DNA of 64,000 nucleotides from an uncultured Nitrospiraceae bacterium. Its GTDB lineage: Bacteria; Nitrospirota; Nitrospiria; Nitrospirales; Nitrospiraceae. The notes under the pieces are model-generated. The model was given only the letters and a program-made list of their open reading frames with translations. It did not search any database and was not told the origin of the DNA. The stretch is from the NCBI GenBank assembly GCA_963846575.1, contig CAWJWJ010000002.1:320001-384000 (forward strand). The letters run 5' to 3'. Each line of letters begins with the position of its first letter. Within the stretch, counting starts at the first letter, position 1. Positions 30,656-40,056 of this stretch are shown here, piece by piece. Both the position numbers and the translations under genes were made by a program.

Positions 30656-30859
30656 ATGGGGTCATCCTTGCAGCAGAACATCGTGGGGTACCATCAGGAC
30701 GAAGAAGGCCACTGGGTAGCTGATCTTCGCTGCGGTCATGGCCAGCATGTGCGGCATCAGCCGCCTATGACCAGCCGTCCTTGGGTATTGACCGAGGATG
30801 GGCGGCGAAGCTTTTTGGGCACGTCGTTAGATTGTAAACAATGCGACGAGGATCGGTAG
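30656..30859 (+). CDS. DUF3565-like small Cys/His protein
   Basis: IVGYHQDEEGHWVADLRCGHGQHVRHQPP...CKQC. Confidence 0.8.
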   Translation: MGSSLQQNIVGYHQDEEGHWVADLRCGHGQHVRHQPPMTSRPWVLTEDGRRSFLGTSLDCKQCDEDR

Positions 30860-30958
30860 TGGCGAGGCTCCGCCATGGCTTCATGGAAGCACCATGGGGG
30901 AGCCGGATGAGTTGGCGTGATGACTTCGAAGGGTGGAGGGTGGGATGGGTAGGGTGCT

Positions 30959-31801
30959 CTAGCCCCAGATCCATCCAAACCAGGACGTCAACCATTCCGT
31001 CATGCTCGAATACCAGGATTCGTCCTGCGGGATAGTTTGCGGCACAGATGGTGTACCGGTTGTGGGTGATGCACCGGTTACCGGTATTGATGCGACCTGT
31101 GATGAGGTTTTTAGTGGTACGGGTGCCGCCACGGATGGCCCCGAGGCCCGAGGTGCCGATGTCGACGGACCCATATCGGAAAGTGAGGGAGACTCAGGCT
31201 GAGGCGGCGCCGCCGCGGTGGGGGAGAACGGCACGAAGCCATCCGTCTGAGAGGGTTGAGGTGTGATGACTGCCACCATGTGAGGTTCCTGCTGGATGCG
31301 GTCCACAGTGGCCGCGTGAGCCTCGAAGGAAGTCGGCATGCTTGCCAATTCCCGCTCGTACTGCGTTGTGAGGGCTTCCAATTTTTTCTCGTAGCGTTTC
31401 GTCTCGGATATTTCTTTCAGCATGACTTGATGCCGGGCCCGGAGGACGGCAATGTTGTGCTGTAAGGTCGCCAGCTTGGCTTGATTGGTTTTTTTGATCT
31501 CTTCGTACGAGGCTTTGATTTTCTGCAACTCGCTTTTCAAGGCGGACAGTGTCTGTTCCGCCCGCTGGTTGGCGACTTGAGCCACATCCCGTTGCCCCTC
31601 AAGGCCCTGGACCTCCGCCCTGAACTGGTCGAGTTCCTTGGCTCGCGTCTCGGCTTCTTGCCTGGCACCCTCGTATGTCTGTTGTGAAACGCATCCTCCC
31701 AGTGTCAGGATGGCACTCCCGAGCATCCAGCAGAAAGCGACCTGCGGGACATTCGGGAAAGGAACAGTTGTGGACTTTCGACGCGCAGCAATCAAATGCA
31801 T
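30959..31801 (-). CDS. Coiled-coil lipoprotein with Pro/Ser/Thr linker and Trp-rich C-terminal helix
   Basis: LGGC-VSQQTYE lipobox, heptad region, end WYSSMTEWLTSWFGWIWG; start may be downstream. Confidence 0.7.
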   Translation of the reverse strand: MHLIAARRKSTTVPFPNVPQVAFCWMLGSAILTLGGCVSQQTYEGARQEAETRAKELDQFRAEVQGLEGQRDVAQVANQRAEQTLSALKSELQKIKASYEEIKKTNQAKLATLQHNIAVLRARHQVMLKEISETKRYEKKLEALTTQYERELASMPTSFEAHAATVDRIQQEPHMVAVITPQPSQTDGFVPFSPTAAAPPQPESPSLSDMGPSTSAPRASGPSVAAPVPLKTSSQVASIPVTGASPTTGTPSVPQTIPQDESWYSSMTEWLTSWFGWIWG

Positions 31802-31975
31802 GGGACATCCCTCACAAGTTCGTGCAGTGCCAAGAAACTCAATAGGTGGTTCACCCGAGCGAAGCGACGTTCTTCCTGGTTAATTTTTCAGAAAAGTCAA
31901 AAAACGGCAAAAGATTTCAGGAAAACTGCAGAGAGCGGGAAGAGGACGCGAAGCGTCGACGGGGTGAGTCCGTCG

Positions 31976-33076
31976 TTATTGAATCGTCACGCAGTCTTCG
32001 GGACAAGGTGACTGCATATCAAGCCCGGCTTCGTGCCAGGGATGCAGCAGGGGGCCGCTGTACCGATAGCCCCCTCGAACGGGATCGCTGGACAGAAGCA
32101 AGGGGGTATCGAGGTCGAGCAGGTCGAATCCTCCTCGTCCCAGTACCAGACTGAAGGAGCAGCCCATTGCGATACGGGTTTCCACCATGCCCCCCACCAT
32201 CAGACGCAGTCCGATGGTGCGAGCGAATGCAGCGATTCTGAGAGCTTCCACTACACCGGTTTTCATGATTTTGATGTTGATGTAATCGGCGGCTTGTAAA
32301 TGGGCGACCCGGTGAGCATCGTCCAGCGACCGGACCGACTCGTCGGCCGCCACCGGTATGCCTGTCAGGTGACGTATCGCCTGAAGGCCTTCCAGGTCAT
32401 CGCGGAGGACCGGTTGTTCGAGCAGAACCAATTGCCCGCCAAACTTTTTCACGCCGTGGACAAAGTGGAGGCATGCTTCGCGAGAAAAGCCCTGGTTGCC
32501 GTCCCCGATGAAGCCTATACCAGGCAATGTCTTATGCACGCGTTCCAGCCGCCGAATATCTGTCTCTACATCATTGCCCACTTTCATCTTAAAGAGGCGA
32601 AACCCCTGCGCATACCACCCCCGAGAGAGTTCGACAGTTTTGTCCACACTGCAAATGGGAATGGTGATGTCGGTCTCTCGATCTCGAACATCGGCCGACC
32701 CCCAGAGTTTCCACAGTGGGATCTGCAACGTCCGAGCATGGGCATCCAATATCGCGGTTTCTAAGCCGCAACGAGCGGCCGGGTAAAGGGCGGCCTGGCT
32801 CTGAAGTGTCTCGGCAAGAGATTGATAGTCATCGGTGCGTTGTCCGATCAACGAGGTAGCGAGGGCAATGGCCGTATCGAAGCAGGAAGCTCTATCTTCA
32901 CCGCCGACCTCGGGAAGGGGCGCGGCTTCGCCATAGCCGCAGGTCCCATCGCGCAACGTCACCCGTATGAACAGGTTCTGAGCCAGGACTCGCGCCCCGG
33001 TCGCGACGACGAACGGATCGGTGATCGGAATGTCGATCGGCCAGATCTCAATTCGTTGGATGGGGTTAGAACTCAC
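31976..33076 (-). CDS. Dipeptide epimerase (enolase superfamily)
   Basis: GYGEAAP, FKMKVG, DGNQG, EQP, ADES, NIKIMKTG, DLDTP. Confidence 0.88.
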   Translation of the reverse strand: MSSNPIQRIEIWPIDIPITDPFVVATGARVLAQNLFIRVTLRDGTCGYGEAAPLPEVGGEDRASCFDTAIALATSLIGQRTDDYQSLAETLQSQAALYPAARCGLETAILDAHARTLQIPLWKLWGSADVRDRETDITIPICSVDKTVELSRGWYAQGFRLFKMKVGNDVETDIRRLERVHKTLPGIGFIGDGNQGFSREACLHFVHGVKKFGGQLVLLEQPVLRDDLEGLQAIRHLTGIPVAADESVRSLDDAHRVAHLQAADYINIKIMKTGVVEALRIAAFARTIGLRLMVGGMVETRIAMGCSFSLVLGRGGFDLLDLDTPLLLSSDPVRGGYRYSGPLLHPWHEAGLDMQSPCPEDCVTIQ

Positions 33077-33103
33077 AGAACGTGCGTGGTCGCATGTGAC
33101 GGA

Positions 33104-33748
33104 TCAGCCGTACCGATCATTTTTCCATGGGAAGGCGCTGTTGGAGTAACCGCGTACCTCCCAGAATCCTTTCTCGTCGCGCTCCGAGAACGTAATCTCC
33201 TTAATCCACTTGGCGCCTTTCCACGCATAACGCTTGGGAATGATCATGCGGACCGGCCCACCGTGTTCCTTGGTAAGCGGGCGGCCATTCCATTTATAAG
33301 TGAGGAGTACATCTGCATCATCACAGGCGTCGAGCGGTAAATTGGTGGTGTAGTCGTCATAGGATTTGAACAACACGAACTTGGCGAGTGGAAGTGGTTG
33401 GACAATGGCAAGCAGGTGTTTGAAACTCACCCCTTCCCATTCATTGTCATAACGGCTCCATGATGTCACACAATGAAAATCAGAGACGTCCTTGAACTGG
33501 GGTTGGTCAAGGAATTGTTGCCATGTCCAAGTCACGGGATTCGTGACCGCCCCGCCGATGGTCACCGTCCATTCCGAGAGAGGGATCTCGGGTTTCTGAC
33601 CGAGGTCCAGTACCGGCCAGGTTTCCACGAGGTGTTGCCCGGGAGGAAGCCGGTCGTCTCCCTCGTAGAAGACTTCACGCTCTTCCCCACCACGTCTGGC
33701 CTTCGCCCAGTTTTCCTTGGTTTTTGTTAAACGATCATTTTGGTCCAT
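33104..33748 (-). CDS. Cytoplasmic sulfite-oxidase-fold molybdopterin oxidoreductase
   Basis: RLPPGQ, DFHCVTSWS (Mo-ligating Cys), HGGPVR, YAWKGAKW, GFWEVRGY; AGGAGG RBS; no Tat signal. Confidence 0.88.
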   Translation of the reverse strand: MDQNDRLTKTKENWAKARRGGEEREVFYEGDDRLPPGQHLVETWPVLDLGQKPEIPLSEWTVTIGGAVTNPVTWTWQQFLDQPQFKDVSDFHCVTSWSRYDNEWEGVSFKHLLAIVQPLPLAKFVLFKSYDDYTTNLPLDACDDADVLLTYKWNGRPLTKEHGGPVRMIIPKRYAWKGAKWIKEITFSERDEKGFWEVRGYSNSAFPWKNDRYG

Positions 33749-33993
33749 GCCCCGCCTCCTTAGACAGAGTAGGACAAGATGCCAGGCTCTTACAAGGGCC
33801 ATGCGTTCGACGTATGGATCTTTGGCCTGCGGAATCCGGGCCAACAATACGAGGTGCTGCATTGCGCTCTGAGTGCCTCTGGGCATGGATCCGCTGCGGG
33901 TCAGGTCGAGGTGTGCTGGGTCGGCAAGTGGACGAGAACTAGGCACTACGGTCTCGGGACAGTAGGCGTGCGGTACTGGCGACAGAACGGGAG

Positions 33994-34143
33994 TCAGACG
34001 TGGAGTCTGGTTTCTCGCTCGCACCAGCGTTGGGGACGCATCAACGTTCCCAGTGCCGCGATGGCGCAAATGGTGGCCAGAAGCAGAAAGCTTGCTATGA
34101 GAAAGAATCCACCTTTCATATCGTGCATCGAGAGAGGCACCAT
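33994..34143 (-). CDS. Small single-TM protein (49 aa), not in the ORF track
   Basis: GGAGG RBS; MVPLSMHDMKGGFFLIASFLLLATICAIAALGTLMRPQRWCERETRLHV. Confidence 0.5.
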   Translation of the reverse strand: MVPLSMHDMKGGFFLIASFLLLATICAIAALGTLMRPQRWCERETRLHV

Positions 34144-34176
34144 TATCTCACCCTCCCATGGTCTAATTGTACCACT

Positions 34177-34374
34177 TCAATCAGTGTGCCACCCGCAGCC
34201 GCAACGCCATGATTCTTCGGGCGATTTCTTGCGCAGGCGGGATGAGCATTGGGGACAGGGCCGCATCCAGACATGGGAACCAGTGTCGCACCTGGCGTGT
34301 AAGGTCTGAACGTGGTGTGGAACTGTTTGTGTGGTCATGGTGTTGCCATCCAAGAGTTCAATCAATGCGTCCAT
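34177..34374 (-). CDS. Small zinc-ribbon-like protein (65 aa)
   Basis: GGAG upstream; CPQC...WRCGCGW. Confidence 0.55.
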   Translation of the reverse strand: MDALIELLDGNTMTTQTVPHHVQTLHARCDTGSHVWMRPCPQCSSRLRKKSPEESWRCGCGWHTD

Positions 34375-34619
34375 TAGACTTTAACTCCACTTGTGCTCCG
34401 GCATCAATAGATCTTTCGGATGCCGCAGCCGGGTTCTTGAGCTGCTTTGCGGTGCTAGGACTCCAGGGTTCCAGATGAGTGAGTGAGGATCCTGTGTGAT
34501 ACAAAGAGGGATCGCATTCTACAATCACTCTCCGGGGGGTCGACCAAGTCATGCGGTTCTCCGGGATGTACATGATTGACACAGCATTGAGGAGATCACA
34601 TGATACCGATCCAGACGCT

Positions 34620-35327
34620 ATGACTACCCCGATAGAATCTCAGAAAAGAAGCGGCTACGGCAGGTTTCTATTGGGATTGGCAGTCGCTCTCGGAATTGCC
34701 TCGTACTTCTTTTTCGACATCGGCCGCTATTTATCGCTAGAGGGACTCAAGTCCAATCGGGATCACTTGCTCGCATTCACGGAGGCGAACTACCCCGCAG
34801 CGGTCGCCATTTTCGTCCTAGCCTATTGCGTGGTCGTGGGTTTGTCGTTGCCGGGTGGGGCGATCATGACGCTGGCGGGAGGATTCCTGTTCGGCAGCCT
34901 GTTGGGGACACTATATGTAAATGTCGGTGCGACTGTTGGGGCGACCTTAGCCTTTCTAGTCGCCAGATATCTTTTGAGGGACTGGGTCGAACGGAAATTT
35001 AGCAGCCGACTGGGTCCTATCCAGGAGGGCTTTTCGAAAAATGCCTTCAGCTATCTCATGACCTTGCGCCTGATCCCGCTCTTCCCGTTCTTTTTGGTCA
35101 ATATGGTGTCGGGGCTGACCCGTGTCAGCGTCGGGACGTATATGGCAGCGACTGCCTTGGGTATTATTCCAGGGAGTTTTGTTTTCGCCTACGCGGGGCG
35201 TCAGCTCGGTACAATCAATTCTCTCAGGGAAATTGCCTCGCCCAGTGTGTTGATGGCATTTACGCTTTTGGGTCTTCTGGCGCTGGTGCCCATTCTCTAT
35301 AAAAAATTCGCCGGCAAGTCTGCATGA
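34620..35327 (+). CDS. TVP38/TMEM64 (DedA/VTT) membrane protein
   Basis: SLPGGAIMTLAGGFLFG, LRLIPLFPFFLVN, GIIPGSFVFAYAG. Confidence 0.9.
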   Translation: MTTPIESQKRSGYGRFLLGLAVALGIASYFFFDIGRYLSLEGLKSNRDHLLAFTEANYPAAVAIFVLAYCVVVGLSLPGGAIMTLAGGFLFGSLLGTLYVNVGATVGATLAFLVARYLLRDWVERKFSSRLGPIQEGFSKNAFSYLMTLRLIPLFPFFLVNMVSGLTRVSVGTYMAATALGIIPGSFVFAYAGRQLGTINSLREIASPSVLMAFTLLGLLALVPILYKKFAGKSA

Positions 35328-35381
35328 ACAGCCTGACGGTCCCAGACGAAGACCCGCGAGAATCGATGGAAAGGCGGCGTC

Positions 35382-36968
35382 ATGTCTAGTCATCGCACCG
35401 ATCATGCACATTCGAGGACGGTCGATCTCGCCGGCCTTGTTCTACCGAATGACGAACATAATCGACAGTTAATTGAGAATGTGCATCCCTCCGACTGGGT
35501 AAACCCCACCCCCGGCGGCCGCTACAACATCGTGGTCATCGGGGCTGGTACCGCAGGGTTGGTGACGGCGGTGATTGCAGCCGGTATCGGCGCGAAGGTA
35601 GCTCTCATCGAGCGCCAGCTGATGGGAGGAGACTGTCTCAACGTGGGCTGCGTCCCATCAAAGGGGCTAATTCGTGCGGCCAACGTCTGGGCGGGTTTAC
35701 GCGATGCATCGACCTTCGGCCTGCACATTCCTTCTGGGGTGAAATATGATTTCGGCGTCGCGATGGCCAGGATGAGGAAACTGCGAGCCAGGATCAGTCG
35801 GACCGATTCGGCCCAACGTTACAAGTCCCTGGGGGTCGATGTGTTCATCGGCCAGGCGAGGTTCGACGGGCCGGAGGCCGTTGTGGTGGAGGGACCGGCC
35901 GGGAATCGGAGGCTGGCGTTCGTGAAGGCCGCAATCTGCACCGGAGCGAGGGCCACTGCTCCGGCCATCCCGGGCCTGGACGAAGCCGGCTATCTCACAA
36001 ACGAAACCGTGTTCTCTCTGACCGAATTGCCGGCTCGCGTGGGGGTCATCGGAGCGGGACCTATCGGATCTGAACTGGCTCAGGCATTCGCCCGTTTCGG
36101 GAGCCAGGTGTTTCTTGTGGAGTCACTGCACGGAATCATGCCCAATGAAGATCGGGATGCCGCGGGAATCGTCCACCAGGCCATGAATCGGGATGGTGTC
36201 ACGGTGCTCTGTTGCGGCAAGGACCTGGTGGTTGAAACAAGCGACGGTCGCAAGCGGCTGGTCGTGAATTCACATGGCCAGCAGCATGACGTGACGATTG
36301 ATGAGATTTTGGTGGGAGTGGGTCGTACGCCGAATGTCCATGGGTTGGGTCTGGAGACGGCCGGCGTTGAATACGATAAGGCCGGGGTGAAAGTAAACGA
36401 CCAGCTTCAGACGACGAATCCGCGAATCTACGCCGCGGGTGACGTATGCTCCCGATACAAATTCACGCACGCTGCCGATGCGATGGCGCAGATCGTGATT
36501 CAAAATGCGCTATTTCCCCATCCATTCGGATTGGGGCGTGCCAGCATGGAATCACTGATCATGCCCTGGTGTACCTTTACCGATCCGGAAATTGCTCATG
36601 TCGGCCTCTATGAGGAGGAGGCGAAGAAAAAGGGCATTGATGTCGAAACGTATACCTTTAAAATGGATGAAGTGGACCGGGCCGTGCTTGACGGCGAAGA
36701 GGCGGGGTTCGCTCGCCTCCATATTCAAAAAGGGACCGAGAAGATTCTCGGGGCGACTATTGTGGCGGCGCATGCCGGTGACATGATCAACGAATTCTCT
36801 GTGTTGATGAAAGCCGGCCTCGGCGTCAAAACCATCGCCGCCACCATCCATCCCTATCCTACCCAAGCGGAAGTCAACAAGAAGGTCGTCAATCTGTGGC
36901 GCAAGGCCCACTTTACCCCACGGACTAAGACCGTCCTGACAAAGCTGTTTGCCTGGTGGCGACGGTGA
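35382..36968 (+). CDS. Flavoprotein disulfide reductase, MerA/Lpd-like (not true MerA)
   Basis: GAGTAG, GGDCLNVGCVPSK, GAGPIG, HPYPTQAE; no C-terminal Cys-Cys, no NmerA domain. Confidence 0.88.
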   Translation: MSSHRTDHAHSRTVDLAGLVLPNDEHNRQLIENVHPSDWVNPTPGGRYNIVVIGAGTAGLVTAVIAAGIGAKVALIERQLMGGDCLNVGCVPSKGLIRAANVWAGLRDASTFGLHIPSGVKYDFGVAMARMRKLRARISRTDSAQRYKSLGVDVFIGQARFDGPEAVVVEGPAGNRRLAFVKAAICTGARATAPAIPGLDEAGYLTNETVFSLTELPARVGVIGAGPIGSELAQAFARFGSQVFLVESLHGIMPNEDRDAAGIVHQAMNRDGVTVLCCGKDLVVETSDGRKRLVVNSHGQQHDVTIDEILVGVGRTPNVHGLGLETAGVEYDKAGVKVNDQLQTTNPRIYAAGDVCSRYKFTHAADAMAQIVIQNALFPHPFGLGRASMESLIMPWCTFTDPEIAHVGLYEEEAKKKGIDVETYTFKMDEVDRAVLDGEEAGFARLHIQKGTEKILGATIVAAHAGDMINEFSVLMKAGLGVKTIAATIHPYPTQAEVNKKVVNLWRKAHFTPRTKTVLTKLFAWWRR

Positions 36969-36976
36969 GGAGCGGA

Positions 36977-37717
36977 ATGATGCGCGCAGGGCCTGTCCTA
37001 TTCACAGTGGTATTGGGAATGGCGGCAGTCGGGGTCGCGCAGGAACCCGACATGCTCAATGTCGGTATGTTTTCGGCCGCGACCGAGGGCACTACACTGC
37101 CTGACGGGTGGAAACCGTTGACCTTCAAAAAGGTCGACCGACACACGCAGTATGAAGTGGTCAGGGATGGATCGATCACCGTCGTGAAAGCGGTCAGCGA
37201 GGCCTCCGCTTCGGGACTAACCAAAGCAGTGAAGATCGACCCGCGCGAATATCCGATCGTGCGATGGCGATGGAAAGTTGAGAATGTGCTGCGAAAGGGA
37301 GACGTGAACCGTAAGGAGGGCGACGACTATCCCGCGCGCCTCTACATCACGTTTGCCTACGATCCTGACAAGGTGAGTTTCGGGAGGAAATTGAAGTACA
37401 AGGCCGGACGCGCCCTCTTCGGGGAGATTCCGATCGGCGCGTTGAACTACATTTGGGACGTCACGAGTCCGATCGGAACGATTGTGGACAACGCCTTCAC
37501 AGATTTTGCCAAGATGATCGTGGTGCAGAGCGGCGTACAACGGATCGGTGCCTGGGTGGAGGAAGAGCGAAATGTGTATCAGGATTATAAGCTGGCCTTT
37601 GGAGAGGAACCGTCCGAGATCAATGGGGTTGCCATTATGAGCGATACGGACAATACTAAGGAGCGCGCCGTGGCCTACTATGGCGACATTGTCTTTGTCA
37701 GGAAGCGAGGCGAGTGA
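36977..37717 (+). CDS. DUF3047-like periplasmic protein
   Basis: Signal peptide; SASGL, WRWKV, DDYPARLY, LNYIW, MSDTDNT. Confidence 0.82.
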   Translation: MMRAGPVLFTVVLGMAAVGVAQEPDMLNVGMFSAATEGTTLPDGWKPLTFKKVDRHTQYEVVRDGSITVVKAVSEASASGLTKAVKIDPREYPIVRWRWKVENVLRKGDVNRKEGDDYPARLYITFAYDPDKVSFGRKLKYKAGRALFGEIPIGALNYIWDVTSPIGTIVDNAFTDFAKMIVVQSGVQRIGAWVEEERNVYQDYKLAFGEEPSEINGVAIMSDTDNTKERAVAYYGDIVFVRKRGE

Positions 37718-37811
37718 AGGCCGGAGTGGAGAGGCAAGGAGGTGGAAGGACCGGCCTGTACAGGGACGGCCCTTCCGGGTCAGGAGCGATTTCGATCAGC
37801 GAAACCGCTCC

Positions 37812-38219
37812 CTATTGGATAGAGTTTGCAAAGCCACCGTAGGTTATTTCGGCCCGGATGGTGTCGCCTACTTTCTTGTTGCCCCTGAGGTGTTTGGTGC
37901 CCTGTCCGACACGTACCTTCATTTGGTTGCCGTCATAGTCTTCGACCACGTAGGTCTCGCCCTGGATAGTTTTGACAGTCCCTCCGACCGTTTTCCAAGC
38001 CATGCCGGGTTTGGAATCCTGCTGACCTGGCTTGGGAGCCGGAGACTGTTCAGGGACGGCACCTAACAGGGACGAGGCTGCTGCCGCTGATGTGGTGGTG
38101 GCGTGTTTCGGCTGCTTGCTCGCCTTTTCTTTTGCAAATACAGGTGCGCCCGTCAAGGCGACGGCCGCGAGGGTAAGCACTACCATTGTGAGCATTGAGG
38201 GGTGGCCTTGCGCGTCCAT
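37812..38219 (-). CDS. Secreted single OB-fold-like (DUF5666-like) protein
   Basis: GGAGG RBS; signal peptide; TVGGTVKTIQGETYVVED...KVGDTIRAEI. Confidence 0.75.
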   Translation of the reverse strand: MDAQGHPSMLTMVVLTLAAVALTGAPVFAKEKASKQPKHATTTSAAAASSLLGAVPEQSPAPKPGQQDSKPGMAWKTVGGTVKTIQGETYVVEDYDGNQMKVRVGQGTKHLRGNKKVGDTIRAEITYGGFANSIQ

Positions 38220-38266
38220 AACGATCCTCCTTGCAAAGAATACGACAAACTGTCCGTCAACCATGC

Positions 38267-38282
38267 AGCAAGGCATATGCCG
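38267..38282 (-). promoter_or_regulatory. Sigma54 -24/-12 promoter
   Basis: Minus strand CGGCATATGCCTTGCT = GG-N10-GC, about 50 nt upstream of the 38219 start. Confidence 0.65.
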
Positions 38283-38636
38283 GACAATCTGGAGGCAAAT
38301 GACCCGGATCGCTCGGGTTTGTGCTGATTGCGCTGCATTGGGTCGAACGCGAGCCGGTGCAAGGGGAAAATCGGCACATTCTGTTCAAATATGCACCCGC
38401 AGAAGATCGTCCTGTGTGCTTAGAGCCGACTGCCATGGTGGTCTCCCGTCGAGTGACCGTTCATTAACTGTAGCGGGGATTCCATGTTCCCATTTGGAGG
38501 CCGTCTCAGAATCGGACTTACATTCAAGCCTGTCCAATTTCCCTCTTGAGTCGAAAGGGTGTGGTGGTGCGGACGATGGTTCTGGATTTGGTCGTGCTGA
38601 GACGCATGGCGTTCTGATTAGTGGGAGTCCACTCTG

Positions 38637-39419
38637 ATGCGACCCCTCATGCTTATCCTCACGGTCGTCATATTGGCAGGCTGTTCGACGGTTCCGGTGT
38701 CTTTTACCCCGGAACGGCCCCTGTCTCCTGCTGAAATTTCTCACGCACTCTGGCAGGACGCAGTAGGTACGCATGTTCAGGAAGGACGGGTGGACTATCC
38801 GGCCATCCAGAAAGAGGGGGTGCTCACGCAGTATCTGGCCTTATTGGATCGTGCGGATCCAAACCAGTTGTCCACAAATGAGCGGCTGGCCTTTTGGATC
38901 AACGCCTATAATGCGTTTGCGGTGCAGGGTATCCTGGACCAGTATTCGCCGGGAACGCTGTTCGGCCGGTATCAGTTTTTCATTTCCCGTGAATACCGAG
39001 TCGGCGGACAGACCGTGAACCTTTACGATCTGGAACGAGAGATCCTGATCTCCCAGTTTCACGAGCCCCGCATGCACTTCGCGATTGTTTGTGCCTCCGC
39101 ATCTTGCCCGAAGCTTCAGCCCTGGGCGTATGAGGGCCAGCGACTGGATCGACAGCTGCATCGCGTCACGAGTGAGTTCGTCAACGACCCTTCGCGCAAT
39201 CGATTCGATCGGTCGAAAAAGATCGCCTTCCTATCGATGATCTTCAAATGGTTCGCGAAGGATTTCGAAGCCCGCTCCGGATCTGTTCTGAATTTCGTAC
39301 GAGAATATGTACAGGATACGTCATTGAAAGAGGACCTGCTGGAAGCCGACTACACCGTAGAATTTCTCGCCTACGATTGGCGGCTGAACGGCTCGCCACC
39401 CATACCAGAGGGAGGATGA
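38637..39419 (+). CDS. DUF547-domain lipoprotein
   Basis: LAGC; VDYPAI, LAFWINAYNA, RMHFAIVCASASCPKL, SMIFKWF, YDWRLN. Confidence 0.88.
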   Translation: MRPLMLILTVVILAGCSTVPVSFTPERPLSPAEISHALWQDAVGTHVQEGRVDYPAIQKEGVLTQYLALLDRADPNQLSTNERLAFWINAYNAFAVQGILDQYSPGTLFGRYQFFISREYRVGGQTVNLYDLEREILISQFHEPRMHFAIVCASASCPKLQPWAYEGQRLDRQLHRVTSEFVNDPSRNRFDRSKKIAFLSMIFKWFAKDFEARSGSVLNFVREYVQDTSLKEDLLEADYTVEFLAYDWRLNGSPPIPEGG

Positions 39420-39420
39420 C

Positions 39421-40056
39421 GTGGTCGTATTGCCCGGTGAGCGGGTGCCGATCGCCCGACTGTTGGTTTTTCTCGAACATGGTGAGCGACTGGCGAGTAG
39501 CTGCGCTCAGGGCCAGGCGGCATTGGCTCATGAGACGAAAACGCAACGGTTCTTAGCCGTTCAGGCGCGCCAAGAATCAATGCATGCCCTGATCTTTCGC
39601 GGAGCGATCGGATGGCTCGCTCCGCGCCATCTCGGTGATTCTCCTTTTCTGCCGGCGCTCGAAGAGTATCGCCGACTCCTTATGGAAGCCGTTGAACGGG
39701 GCGACTGGCTGGAAAGCATTCTGGCCGAACAGGTGATTCTCGAGGGGCTGGGTGAAGCGATCTTATCTCGAATGGAGGCCGGGCTTGAGAGGCGACAGGC
39801 CCCATTCCGCAGATTGCGCCGGATGCTCCTGCATCAGGAGGAGGCCCATCATGCGTTCGGCCGGCGGATCTTGGAACGAGCCATGGCTGATGGGGCCATG
39901 GACCTGAAGCACCTCCGCGGCCGCACGCAAGATTATCTGGCGCTGACTGAGACGATGGTGTTAACCCTCTGCGAACTCTTCAGCACCCTGGATGAGGATG
40001 CGTCCGTCTGGGCGGCGGACGTACGGACCTTTCTTCCAGATTGGTTGACGAGATGA
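39421..40056 (+). CDS. Ferritin-like diiron-carboxylate protein
   Basis: E / ESMH / E / EAHH-type ligand pattern over four helices (LEHGE, QESMH, ILEGL, EEAHH). Confidence 0.72.
   Translation: MVVLPGERVPIARLLVFLEHGERLASSCAQGQAALAHETKTQRFLAVQARQESMHALIFRGAIGWLAPRHLGDSPFLPALEEYRRLLMEAVERGDWLESILAEQVILEGLGEAILSRMEAGLERRQAPFRRLRRMLLHQEEAHHAFGRRILERAMADGAMDLKHLRGRTQDYLALTETMVLTLCELFSTLDEDASVWAADVRTFLPDWLTR

Noticed and set aside
34380..34520. c-di-GMP or other known riboswitch
   Set aside because: GCAAAGC and GAAA elements are present on the minus strand but not in GEMM order; an Rfam cmscan would be needed
35382..36968. Mercuric reductase merA / mer operon
   Set aside because: No C-terminal Cys-Cys, no N-terminal metal-binding domain, no merR/T/P nearby
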